Of a stretch of 40,940 bases of DNA, positions 24,631 through 37,438 are shown piece by piece. The notes under the pieces are model-generated. The model searched no databases and had not been told where the DNA came from. It saw only the letters and a program-made list of their open reading frames with translations. Position 1 is the stretch's first letter, and each line of letters starts with the position of its first letter. The stretch covers positions 61,220,834 through 61,261,773 of the forward strand of contig NC_068984.1 of the NCBI RefSeq assembly GCF_001194135.2. Reading direction: 5' to 3'. The translations under genes were made by a program, and so were the position numbers. This DNA comes from Octopus bimaculoides (taxonomy: Eukaryota).

Positions 24631-24768
24631 TCCACAGAAGAGAATGGTAATACATAATTAAATTAATATAATTCAATTATCATTTTAATTATTATTACAA
24701 TCAATTTAATTTTTCCATGTTTCTTACATGTTGGTATTATCATTCGAAACGATCGTATAGATTAAAAC
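24631..24768 (+). ncRNA. Degenerate type I hammerhead ribozyme with a long stem II (probably inactive)
   Basis: Core cagaaga (24635-24641, U4>A). Stem II gaatggtaatac (24642-24653) pairs with gtattatcattc (24734-24745), 12 bp. GAAA at 24746-24749, C-gatc-G stem III, GUA at 24755-24757. Stem I is only partly paired (ttcca/tagat). Confidence 0.5.
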
Positions 24769-24885
24769 TTTATAGAAACTTTTAATATCTTCTCTTTTCC
24801 ATTTTGTAACTGTTAGTTGAATTTATATAGAGGATTATATACTATAAATGCTCATAACACACTTTATATATATATATATATATTA

Positions 24886-25542
24886 CTGGGTGCGTAAGGT
24901 ATTTGAGGACGTACATGTTTGAGTCATTGCTGCACGTTTTGCTAACTCTGTATAGTCTTTGTTTCAGAAAATAGTAATGGCAGACCTTCAGCTTACTCAA
25001 GAAATGAAGAAGCATGCTGTTATTGTTATAAATGTTGATCTTTCCTCTACAAAGTTTGTAAGGAGCTCGAGACTGAAGATGGAAACATAACACCAGTATG
25101 AAAGTATAAAGAGTATTTTACACGCTCTGAAATCATCAGAACACCTGAACCTGAATTTATCTACCAAGATCAACAGACCATTGATTACATTCCCAGAAAG
25201 TCCATCAGGTTAACTGCAAAAGATCTCCATGTGTCAGAAGGAACAGTCAGAATTATCGTCCATGAAGACATCAGATATAAGCCTTATATAATGAAGGAAG
25301 GTCAATTTGTCCAAAAAAGCAAAAGAAAATCCCTACATCAGATTTTAAAGGCTCTTAAACAAACTGAAAAAAACAGCAGAAGATTTCATTTGGTTTTTCT
25401 CAAACGAGAAAAACTTCGACCAAGATCAAAAAGTTAAGAGAAGAAATAAGAAATGCTTATGTGCAGACCTTTCTGAAATTCTAAGTGCTATGCATACAAA
25501 ATTTCCTGCAACTGTCATGGTTTTAGGAGTTGTCAGCAATGA
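24886..25542 (+). mobile_element. 3'-truncated Tc1/mariner transposon, DD37D/maT-like transposase pseudogene
   Basis: Starts after a TA run. MADLQLTQEMKKHAVIV; RKSIRLTAKDLHVSEGTVRIIVHEDIRYK (HTH); WFFSNEKNFDQDQKVKRRN..LCAD..MHTKFPATVMVLGVVSN. The first catalytic D appears as N, and there are frameshifts. Confidence 0.85.
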
Positions 25543-25655
25543 TAGGATAAGTACTAGGCTTACAAAGAATAAATTCTGGGGTCGATTTGTTCGACTAAAG
25601 GCAGTACTCCTTTATGGCCGCAGTCAAATAACTGAAACAATTAAGAGAATAAAAG
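25543..25655 (+). mobile_element. SINE 3' half joined directly to the transposase break
   Basis: gataagtactaggcttacaaagaataaattctggggtcgatttgttcgactaaaggcagtactcctttatggccgcagtcaaataactgaaacaattaagag shares the ggccgcagtcaaataactgaaac tail with 40401-40460 (-). Confidence 0.75.
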
Positions 25656-27669
25656 AATATTCATGTGTATTTATTTATCTCGTATCATGTAACATTCATT
25701 CTTACGTCTCTGTAGGTCTCTCGAAACCCTATGACTTGATGTATCTTCAAGTTGGTTTGTTTTATTTGTAAGAAGTTATACTTTTTCTCTTGTGTAAGGT
25801 AAGTGAATCGATAATCGCGTAAGTATATGTTTGCATGTCCGTTGAAATGTATATGGTTATGTGGGTGTGTTGAGAAAGAGACAGTGTACCTGTTTATTAA
25901 GAAAATACGAAAACAACTTTTTTGACGTTTTGATTTTTTAGTGCACGCAACTGTAAGGCAAGAAATAATCCAATTTCTTGAAAAACTAAATATTTATTGG
26001 GAAAATGTTAGAAGATTGCTAGGACAGTCTGACATTATTGATAATTAATGCACTAACTATTATTTGAAAAGGACGGAAGTAAAGTCGTGTTTTGTTCGGA
26101 TTTCATGTCACATTTGTTCATATACCGCAATGGCACCTAAAACAATATGTGTGTATTTGTTTATTCAACGTTTTCAGTCAATCATTTGAGCATTTATATA
26201 ATTTCTGCAGTGTAGAGACAAGAGAAATTCTGTGAATGAGTATAGAGTGATGATTTATCTAAGTGTTACGTTATAAAAACAGAGAATATATTATCTTTAA
26301 AAAAACAAAACAAAAAAAAAACAAGATAATCATGGCTATAATTCTGCCCAATCATTGTTGTAATGATTACAGTATTGAAATGCAAAATTATAGTGATACC
26401 TCGAATTCTTAAACTGGCTACTGATAACTTCTATTCAAATAACATGATTTTATTTAATGCTACACATGACGGTAGCCAAATGTATACATAATTTTCCGTT
26501 GAACTTCCGTTGGTTGGATAAAAGTCGATAGGCTCAATTATATATTTGATTTCTGAACGCAGTTTCCGGCATTTTGAATTATTCGACACATTTACGTTAT
26601 TAAGGACTGTTAAACTTTTCGTGAAATGTTTAAGGTGTACAGAGAATCGTTTTTAATGGTCTTGTGCTGATTTCTAGAAGATGGCATAAGATTTTGTTTC
26701 TGCCTCTCAGTGCCTAGTATAATAAATATGATAGATTACATTCTGTGGTCTTTTTTAGCGTTTGCTTCATTTAGCTTATGTGAAGCTATGGTGCATAATA
26801 CTTTGAATGAGATTACTAGATGCCGCTGCATTGTTATTTATGTTTAGCACTTTTTGTGAATGGAACATCATCGTGGTACATTGTCGAAATTCGTTTGTTC
26901 TGTTTAGTGAGAGATTTCTCAGGAATCATAGCTGATGTTTTGAGTTATTGTATCCATCCATATTTACATCAAGTTATGTCATTTAATTTAATGCAAGATT
27001 GGTGTGTCTGTAGTTAATGTTGAATACTATCTCAAAGAAATTGATTTTCTTCAGGATACTACTTAATCTGCTTTTTAAATTCAGGCAGTTGAATAGTTTG
27101 GATAAGCTTGTCATGCTGACTACATCTCATTAAAATTTTTAGAGATTTACAGATGGTAAAACTTCATTAATAGAGAAGTCACAATATATTTTTCCATGAA
27201 TGGCGTGAATATTTTGCGTATTTCGTTTAAAATGAATAATATAATTACATATTAAATTTTCGTTAGATTTCTAGCACTCCTTTTTACATTGCATTTCTAA
27301 TAATTACGCTCCCTTCAACAAGCATCTTACATTGAAGAACCAAGATTTTTTCAAATCTCCTCTCAACGTTCATAGCGAACAATATACAAATTGCAGTGTA
27401 TGTTAAGTAATATGTCCTCTTTAAGTGTACGTGTATGTATGCATGTATGCATGCATGTATATATGCATGTATGTATGTATATCTATATATGTGTCTGTGT
27501 ATGTCTATATATTTATATATATATATGTGTATATATGCAGATGTTTATATATATATATATATTTGTGTGTGTATGTATGTATGTATATATGTATATGATG
27601 GCTTTTTACATAAGCCGTTAAACAAATTAAAATATGATAACATGAATGGTATCTGAAAATGATATTATG

Positions 27670-28925
27670 AAGAGTGTACTACCCACCCTACACTGAGTAA
27701 CACCACTCACCGCCTCTGGGTCCTAAGTTCTTTTTTCTCCTTCAGTCCAATCCTTTCCCTCTTTCTCCATCGCTTAGTTGATATTCTCTCCGTTTTGCAT
27801 CCGTAACATTTTTCACCGGGTGGGGGGAAGGTCTTCTAAATTTTTGGTATCTGTTCTTTCTTTTTCTTTTATTTCTTGTCGGGGAAATAGGGCGGGTGGG
27901 TGTGGTGTCTGTATGGGGAGGGTGGGTCTGAGTGGTCTTGGGTGGGATAGAGTTGGACTGGGGTACCACATCATACTCAGTGTCTTTTCTTTCTTTTCTC
28001 TTTCTCCTTCTGCTCTCTGTAAATTTCCATTCTTCCTCCTTTTCTTCCGTCTTTTCTTCCTTTTTCTCTTCCATCTCTACAACTGTATCCTCAGTCATTG
28101 TCCACTGTAGAGGGCATTATGCTCTAATGTGGCCCTTTTGGCCACATTTAAAACAACATGGTACTCTGCTCTCTACCCACACCCTCAGCACGATTTCCTC
28201 CAACGTCACCGTCTCTGCCAAGTTCTCCAGTTGACCCTTCTCCGCCTGAATAATTAGTTCAAGTGTCCTTCCTTTCCACCCTCCTTCTTCTGTTTCAGTG
28301 GCTTGGAGGACAGCAACTTTCTCGCTTCCAGCAACGACAGCTGTCGCTACCCAAGCCAGTTGCTTCTACTCTCACCTTGGAAGTCTTTCTTCCAAAGTAT
28401 GTGAGAAGAAGCACTACCTCCCCAGTTTTCACCGCCACACTCGCCAGCCTCCTAACCTCCTCTACTGTCTTAAATTGGACGACCATTGTCCCATATTTCT
28501 TCCTTTGGTTATGTACGTTATCTCCTGTGTACGTTCCCTAAGCGCCTTTCCCACTTCTGCCTTTTTCATTTCAACGAGTACACCTTGTAGGTGATCGTTT
28601 TCTTCTCCATCCTTTCCGTAATTCCTTTGGGGAGCGACAACTTCACGTCGCCGCCCACCTTCTGAGCCATCTTTTCGTACTCCTTCAGATCAGCCAAGTC
28701 CAGCTCCCTTCGCTTCACCTCTGTAGCTTCAGCAAAACTCCCTGTCTTCAACACTCCATCCATCTTTATAATCACTCTTACCATCTCTTCCTCCTCCGAC
28801 GACAACTCAAACCTGTCAAGGTCTGAGTACATCTTCTAAGCAACCAAAAAAAACTACGTCCGACTCTTACAAAATCCAAACAGCAAATGCGCGGAAGCAA
28901 GCTTCTTGCAACAGAGCCGGACACA
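27670..28925 (-). mobile_element. L1/Tx1-like non-LTR element: 5' UTR plus disrupted ORF1 (gag-like, CCHC knuckle); no ORF2 seen
   Basis: ATG at 28832 (MYSDLDRFELSSEEEE...). After frameshifts it reads GTMVVQFKTVEEVRRL...RKTSKVRVE, ...IVLRVWVESRVPCCFKCGQKGHIRA*CP (Cx2Cx4Hx4C with an internal stop) and then a K/E/P/T-rich tail. GC content is markedly higher than the flanks. Confidence 0.78.
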
Positions 28926-30641
28926 CAAACACATACACACATATATATATGCTCCTTTCGTCTTGATATATCTAATCAAGATAATATATATCCCCCATTA
29001 ACACAATCACATCAATTTGGGAAATTGTTGACTCCTGAGGGTAAAGTTTTTTTTATATTTTGAAGTAAAGAATCACTAAATGTCTGTTTTTGCTTCTTCA
29101 CAATTAATGTTGCAATAATCTAAAAAGATGATTGTCTGATGGCGCAAGGAGAGGATAGAAAAGAAGGTAAAGTCAAACTTCCATTCACGAATGCCTTCGG
29201 AAATATGTTGTCTCGCGTTATTATGAGCAGCACGCTTTTATCATTAACGAATGATGGGCACTTTTTCTACAAATTTTTGTACAGTGCCTCCAATTGACGA
29301 CAATATTTCTCTGCATTAACATTTTCATTTCGGTTTATCATTTCGTGATAGCTGAATCTCTTATATCCCATCAAATACAGAATACAAACTTTTTCGGTTG
29401 TAGCCCTGGTTTGGAGTTGGATTTTCGTATTCCATTGAATCCTAGTTATTGTAGTTTTCGTTGGATGCTAACATAGAAAATTTTATTGCTTGCGATGACT
29501 TTACACAAGGAAAACTCGGTAGCAAGTTTAATCTTCAATGATGAGCAGAGGACAGCACTTCGATTAAAATGGCACAGGCACATACACAGAGTCACACACA
29601 CAGAGTCACACACAGACACACACACATAAACACACAGACACACACAGACACACACATACACACACACACAAGCATATTTAATAACTTGTACTGTTGCGTT
29701 CGAATAATTTTGCATGTGTGTGAAATATGACTAGGAGGTGAATGTTTGAACCATATATTCCAGGCCATTGTACAATTTCTTTCTGACAACATATCTAGAG
29801 AAAATAGTTTATCAACTCACAGAAGCGAGCATTTAGGCGTAATTTAGCCGCAGCCGTGTCTCCTGCAAATGATGCCTTGTCATATCAACACAAATAATTA
29901 TATAATTATTGTTGGGATAAACACAACTGGGTTATCTTCAAACATACGTCTACTCGACGAAAATAGAGTTGAGATTCAACAACAAGGACATGAATAAAAA
30001 TTAGTAGCCTCTTTAACGTATATTGTTATACCGTTACACAAAACTGCAACTTTGAAAAATCTATTTAATTGTGTCAGACTACATAAAATTTAATGCATAT
30101 ACAACCAAAAGCTTTCTGTAAATTTCTTCTAGAAATGAAGCTTTCGTTACCCACTTAGAACTAGATCTCTGCTACCTCAGTTACTGACATACAACTCAAT
30201 TGAAAATCAGTGTCTTTTGTCATGAATGTAAAGGTTACTCAGAAATTCCTCTTTAATTGCTTTTGGTTGCAAAGATATCAGTCTAACGATTGTAATCGTG
30301 TAGGAATTGTTTCATATCCTGGTTATATTCTGAGTAATCTGCATTAACTAAAATTAAAAGATAAGAATACATATTGAATATGTATAAGCTGTGTAAATGC
30401 ATTCATACATACATACATACATACATACATGCATACATACATACATACATACATACATACATAAANNNNNNNNNNNNNNNNNNNNNNNNNNNNNNNNNNN
30501 NNNNNNNNNNNNNNNNNNNNNNNNNNNNNNNNNNNNNNNNNNNNNNNNNNNNNNNNNNNNNNNNNNNNNNNNNNNNNNNNNNNNNNNNNNNNNNNNNNNN
30601 NNNNNNNNNNNNNNNNNNNNNNNNNNNNNNNNNNNNNNNNN

Positions 30642-30674
<33 letters not shown>

Positions 30675-33600
30675 CAAATAAAAAAAAATGTACGTACGTG
30701 AGTTGTGTGCATGGATGTATGTACATGTTTGTGTATTCGCTGCTTAAATATCTATTCCATAATAGTTTACAATATCCTGTTCAAATATCATGTGCAACTG
30801 ATTATTTTAACTCATTGTTAATTACACCTATTGCTGATCGCTGTAGGTAAACAATACTCTGAGCGAAAAAAGAAGCAGATCTTAATTGTAAATTGTTGGT
30901 AGAGAAATTAAGATAGAACTTTGAATAGAATGGCGACATTTAATTCAGCTTCGTTATTAGGGTTATTACATCTTATATTTGAAGCCATAGGCATTATTTC
31001 ATAATTACAGAATATGAAGAATATTATGGACTTAGTAACCACGTAATTATTGAGAAGCATCTAGTGTACGTAGATTAACAAGAACAGTGATTAATTAAGC
31101 AATGCAGTAAAAAAGATTACAGACATGCGAAAAAAAAAATTAATTGTACGAAGAACGATGATTTAGCATGACCAGAATATTGAAGGAAATTATAAAAGTT
31201 GATATAACTGATAATACCCACACGTTTATCATCAAACGATTCTGTTAGATCTTCATGAAAGTAATTTAAAACGTATTTGATCTTAAGATTATTTGCGTAA
31301 AAGAAATAATCAGCAGGAAGGCAAAACATTTCGGTGTTCTGACTAAGTTTATACTGGAAATGAAACAAAACGTTAAAAGTAGAAAATACAAGGCAGGTGT
31401 TTATAATCTTTATCAACTAAGAATCTCTACATTTTTAGATCAATATTTTGTAAATTATAATGAAAAATAGCTTTTCTGTCTTAGGTTTATTAGTGAAAAT
31501 GAAACTTTCTTGAGTGGCTCTATTAAAGTCAGTTAGTGATGTTGCTATTTTTCACTCACATAAAAAAAATTCTGAAATATTAATTGCAGCTTGTTTATAG
31601 TCTTCAGTTTAATGAAACATATAAGATAACACACGGAAATGCGTAGAGGGATTTTTATTCAATCAAGCACAAAACGCATCAAAAAGAATGTTCAGTTATA
31701 TGTGTTGTGTCAGATAAATGTCTTGTAAATCGGAAGTGCTGCAGGCTTACTATCCTAAATTTCTAAACATAGCAGTCTGATTATATTTTGGAGGTCACCG
31801 CAGTTTACAACCTCTGTATTTGAACTCCTTTCGCCACATATAGAAACAGAGGAGGTAACACAAAATTAAATGATTATTTGTTTACATTTACTATTAGAAT
31901 AAACTTGAATTTACTAAAGAATAGCATTTATAAGTATATTCATATTTCAAGAAACAACTTTCTAATATCTTTTCAGCAACGAAGTTATTTATATACTTGC
32001 AGTCAATATAACTATGTTATATTCAATGCCATTGGAAGTGATATATTTGTCAACCAGGTCATTAAAAACTATCCTCGACTCAGGTGAATTGAAATATTTC
32101 CTTTAGTAACATTGACAATATTTTATACTTTTAGATATACGAAATTTACGTACGTTCTATCACCAAATATTTCATAAAAATTTTTTAGTAGCCCTGCAAT
32201 ATTATTTAGGATACAAGGTAAAAATATTCTGGAAATTTAATTGAAAGATCAAATGTCTTATATACTGTGATATATGTTAGATGTTTGGAATGTATGAAGT
32301 ATATCTGTTTGCAAGATATATGGCACATTATTTGCATCCACTTCCTACGAATGCAAAATACATAGAAATACACAGCCTTCTGGATTAGTACATAAGTTAT
32401 TTCTCATAACAAACAATAACATTTCATTTGGGAGGGAGTTTCTACTATTACGGTGGTTTTAGTACTGTCCTTCGAATATTGTTTACTTTGGTGTCAAATC
32501 AAATATCGATTCTTTGACGATAGCTTACTGCAAGCATTGATATGAAACTCCCAATATTTAGTTACAAAGTAGAGCGTCAGTAGTGAGATGTGAACACACG
32601 AAACATTTGCAGAGTAGCCTACACATCATTCATACAGCTATTACTACTAAAATGTATGGAATCAAATTCAATTTCTCATATGTTACCTCTAAGCAAACCG
32701 AGTCTCATTGTGCATAAATTCAGAAGTTGTATAGGTAACGGTATCGATCACACTTATAAGGAATCACTCATCTTCTGTGGTTTACATGTAGAGCTTGTTA
32801 TGGCTTTTACTGCTGCAGTTATTGTTTTATTCTTACCTATTTCTTCTGCCAGTAGTTTTATTGAAACTATTCACCACTCGAGATGGCTTTGTTATTGATT
32901 TTAATATATTTCTGGAATATAGATATATTGCTTAAAGCATTATTTCCGTTAACGTTCTCTTGCAATCGAGTGATAGGGTATTTTGGTTAGAATTGTGCTG
33001 TTACTAATTGGTTTTGATTTTTTTTCAGGAGACGAGTAAATATGTAAAATTCATATACCACAATTCCTTTGCCTTTATCGAAACTAGACGTGTGCCATGT
33101 ATGAAATCAATAGATTGAATTTATACTACTATATTGATTGTAGAAAGCTACAAGTAGAAGAGAGCAGACCATAGAAATTGTAAAGTACTTACATAAAAAT
33201 ACAATAAATTAATTTTCTTAGTACCATTAAGCTAAAAAAAAAGGGTGGTAGAAATAAGGTATGGAATTGCAGACACGCTTATATTTCTGCATCCGGATGG
33301 ATTTATATATGGTTGAGATGTTCTACAACTGATAGTTGTAATGTTGGATGTGTGACTGTAGTTAGTAGTTATAAAGAATCTATAACACACAGTAGACGAT
33401 TATATTGCAAAAGAGGACTTAACAAACATATGTCCGCAATATACTTTTGAGAAAATTAGGTGATTTTGTTTAACCAAAGATCAAATTTATTTAATCAAAA
33501 CTGTCATCTAATGAAACATATAAGATAATACACGATTCGGACATCATAAACTCATGTACATTTTAAGGCTTGTATATTTAAGATTACTACATCAAATGCG

Positions 33601-34715
33601 ATATTTCTTTTTAATACGTTAGATTTTGTTTTAAGGCCATCTGAATCGCTACTTAGAATTGGTCGCGAAATATGGTGGTAGATTTAAAAGGATGTGTAAA
33701 TTTAATAAAAGGATGTGTATATGTTTAAATAAATGAATATACATATGTATGTATGTGTGAAAATGGCAATTTTTCAATAATTATACACAGATGCTAATAT
33801 GTACATTTAACCTGTGTTGTATATTATGTATGCGTTTTCCTAATTGTATTTCTCTTGACTACGGTGACTCGAATTTTCCTATGGAATTATTTTACGATCT
33901 TATCGACAATATGTTAATAAAAGTATTTTCTTTGAAATCGCAGACTTCACCCATCAGTAATTCAATTCCTTTGCAAAAGATTCCTGAGAAAATCTGAAAA
34001 GCTGTCTCCTTTTTATTAAAAGACACAGGTTAGCTATCTGAAAAGAATTCCGCGTTCTAAGGAAACAAAGATCGTGTATGTGGTTGAACCATTCCAAGAT
34101 GTAGACGGTCGAATTATTTGCTATTCTTCTATGGTTTTATTAAAAGAGGAAAGGATTGCAGAACTAGATTTCTGCAACGAAAAAAATAGGTAATAAAAGA
34201 CATAAAACAAAATAAAGTACCTCCACCACGCAAAAATACTAAAAATAAACAAAAGCAGCAGACAAAAGACACAAAATACAAAACAAAATTATAGCAATAA
34301 TATTATTTCATTTAGAACTGAAATAACAATAGCGCAGTTATTGCACATTTTCAATTTCCTTTTTATTTATTTTGGCTGCGATGTCTGTTTCTCAAGACTG
34401 ACATTTTCTTGCATAAATGCTTTCTACAAGGACTATGGTTTCTAATATAAATACCGTGCTTGTATAATTCAGATTGCTCCACAGTGAATGAATCCGCATC
34501 TTTTAATTTTTGCGCATTGTGAACGAACACGACCCAGCTCCATATGCATGTGTGTGAGTGTGTTTGTGCATGCGTGTGAATAATATATCTTACGTACAAA
34601 ATGCCTTAATATTAATCTTCGTGACATGTATATTGTAACGGACGGTGCCTTTCATTCCTTTCTATTTTTGACTGATCATATTGGATTTATAGATATGTGT
34701 GTGTATGTGCGTGTA

Positions 34716-34752
<37 letters not shown>

Positions 34753-34783
34753 ATATGTATGTATATTTACGTGTATGTATATT

Positions 34784-34816
<33 letters not shown>

Positions 34817-34927
34817 TAATTAAATTATGCTCCCAGTTCAGCATTCTGGCTTTTTTACATTTTCCTATATATATATATATATATATATATCATATATGCA
34901 AGCATGCATCGTGCCGCCTATAAGCAA

Positions 34928-34962
<35 letters not shown>

Positions 34963-37044
34963 CTGTATATATATATATAACTGTATATAAGTCGAAATAT
35001 ATTACCATATCCATGCGTGCGTTATGCTTGTATTTGGTATTATCTTATTAATCTTCCGCCTGAAATTACATTTCCAAACAGGAACCAAAGGGTGGCATAT
35101 AGTTTCGTTGATAACTGATATTTGTAAATGCTTTCAGAAGTCGTAATGTTTTGTTAAGTCAGAATAAATAAGAACATTCGATTGACAAAGCTACTTATTC
35201 GTCGAAATTATCAGGCCATTCTTGGTTCATTATTAGAAATAACTTCGCACATGCCTACGAATCCAGTTTTGGACAGAATTAATGCGTGTTCATATGAGTA
35301 TCGACATGAAGAAAGTTGAGTTTTATTTTCTCACCGGTATGTTCTTAGAGTCCATATTGAGTTATACTGACATGCGATAGAATGAGACATTGAGATTCTC
35401 ATGATTTTCTCTAGCGTAATTGAATGGGAACAGTTTCAATTGGTAATCAAGATTTAATTACGATATCAGCTGTAGTCGTACTTACTTATCGTAAAAAGGA
35501 TATAAATCTTTGGTGGAGAGAATTGACTGGTTCTGTATTTGTCACTAAAACAACAATAACAAATTTACGAGATATTGGTTGTTATGAGAAATAGGTTTTA
35601 ATATATCACATTAGTATTTCGTCTTTATGTTGCATACTTAGAGGAAAATAGTCGCAGATAAATATATTTCTCTCCAAAGATTACATAAATTGAATACATT
35701 TCTGCGAAATACGTACAAATCTGTATGAATATCAATTAAACATGTTCTTACCGTAGTCTTACTCCGTGTTAACCGTTCAATTCTATCTATTTCGCATCTT
35801 ACGGGAGAGCCTTCATGTTTTCAAACAACGTCTAGAAATAGCCTCATATATATCGCATCAGACGTTCGATTATTAAAATAAGTGACGTTGTATAATAAAG
35901 TTTTATTAGTAGATGTGATTATCAAAGATGGAATTTATTTGATCTGAGTTCTGTCTGATCAGCGATGTTCATAAACGAAAACAGTAAACTACTTACACCT
36001 AGGTTTAAATAGTCTCCTTTCTTTGACTAGTATATTCTCGATTAACTAAAGTTATCCTGATCACCCACTGAGGTTTTTTAGGATTTTCTTCACTATGTGT
36101 ATTTTAGTAAACAGGGTCTCTTGAAAGTTAAGTGTTTGCTTTTTTCATATAACCACAAGCAAAATTTGTCTCTTTAAATTTTGATTTTGGAAAACAAATG
36201 CCATTGATATATAATAATAACTAGATATAAGCAAACTATTGCTTATGAAATATACAAGCAAATATTATTAACCCTCATAACTCTCTATGATTCGAGTATT
36301 GCCCTCAAATGTTGGTTCAGCTCAACTCAGTAAAAATAATGTTTGAATACCAACACAGTATTTCAGTATTTCGTGTTATTTGACGAATGTGAGTAATTTT
36401 ATCGAGTCTAAAACCAAACGTCAATACAAAGAAACTAAATTTCATAGATATTTTTGTGGTTATGGAATTAACAAAAATGTTGCTGTTAAAGGAATTATGT
36501 ATGTAAGCAATTATTTTCTAGATTTAAAATATGTAAAGAAATAAGTGCCATGAGTGATATATAGTGTATGTAATTACAGGCAACAATTCTTAGCAAAATA
36601 ACTTGAAATAAAATCATTCTCTGTATATAAATGCATGTCGTAAATATGAATAAAGATATAAAATGATTTTCTGACAATACAAGAAATATTAATCATATCT
36701 TTCTATGCACTAAAGTTAGAAACAATAGAATAGAAATGTAGATAATGTTTCAAAACAAGAAAATGAAATCTTATTTTTATGTACTGAAATAAAAAATATA
36801 GAAGACAATTGAATTTTCTGTTATGTTCTATCTTTCAATTATTTTTGTGCTTTTCACGGTCAAGTGAAAGCGACTCGTGGATGTAATAATTTACTCTTAT
36901 GATTTCATACAGAATATTATATTATGTAAATTAAAATAGAAATAGATATATACCATAACTACTAATGTGATTCTATATTTCCAAGTACAGAGTCAACACC
37001 TCGAACATTAGTATATTTGGTATACTTTGCTTTAATTTGCTTTT

Positions 37045-37438
37045 GTATGTTTCCCTCATTAGACTGCAGCCATGCTGGAGCATCACCTTGAAGAACATTT
37101 AATGGAATGAATCGAGCCAGTGCATTTTGTTTTAAAGTTTGTATTTACCTTAGCGATATCTTTTGCCGAAACGCTAAGTAATTGGGCGTAAACACACCAC
37201 CACCAGTTGTCAAGTGGTGATGGGGAGCAAACACCAAAAAACACACGCACACGAACACATACACACATACACACATATACGACGAGCTTCTTTCAATATC
37301 CGCCTACCATATCCCCTTGAATGCACTTGATTGGCCCGAGACTACATACAAGACACTTACCCACCTTGTCACGCAGTGATACTGAACTCTGGACCATGTC
37401 ATTGGGAAGCAAGCTTCTTACCACACATCCACGCCTGG
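37045..37438 (-). mobile_element. Near full-length tRNA-derived SINE (octopus-type) with an internal (CA) tract
   Basis: Minus head caggcgtggatgtgtggtaagaagcttgcttcccaatgacatggtccagagttcagtatcactgcgtgacaaggtgggtaagtgtcttg (A/B-box-like), central TG tract and tail ttcaaggtgatgctccagcatggctgcagtctaatgaggg. Confidence 0.8.

Noticed and set aside
26500-27230. Possible ancient retroelement (PLE-like) coding remnant
   Set aside because: No RT or GIY-YIG motif could be read convincingly in any frame.
29139-29297. Short ORF MAQGEDRKEG... with an AAG|GTAAAG donor, plus strong isolated acceptors at ~11316, ~11893 and ~33029
   Set aside because: Isolated signals without a consistent exon chain or recognisable product.
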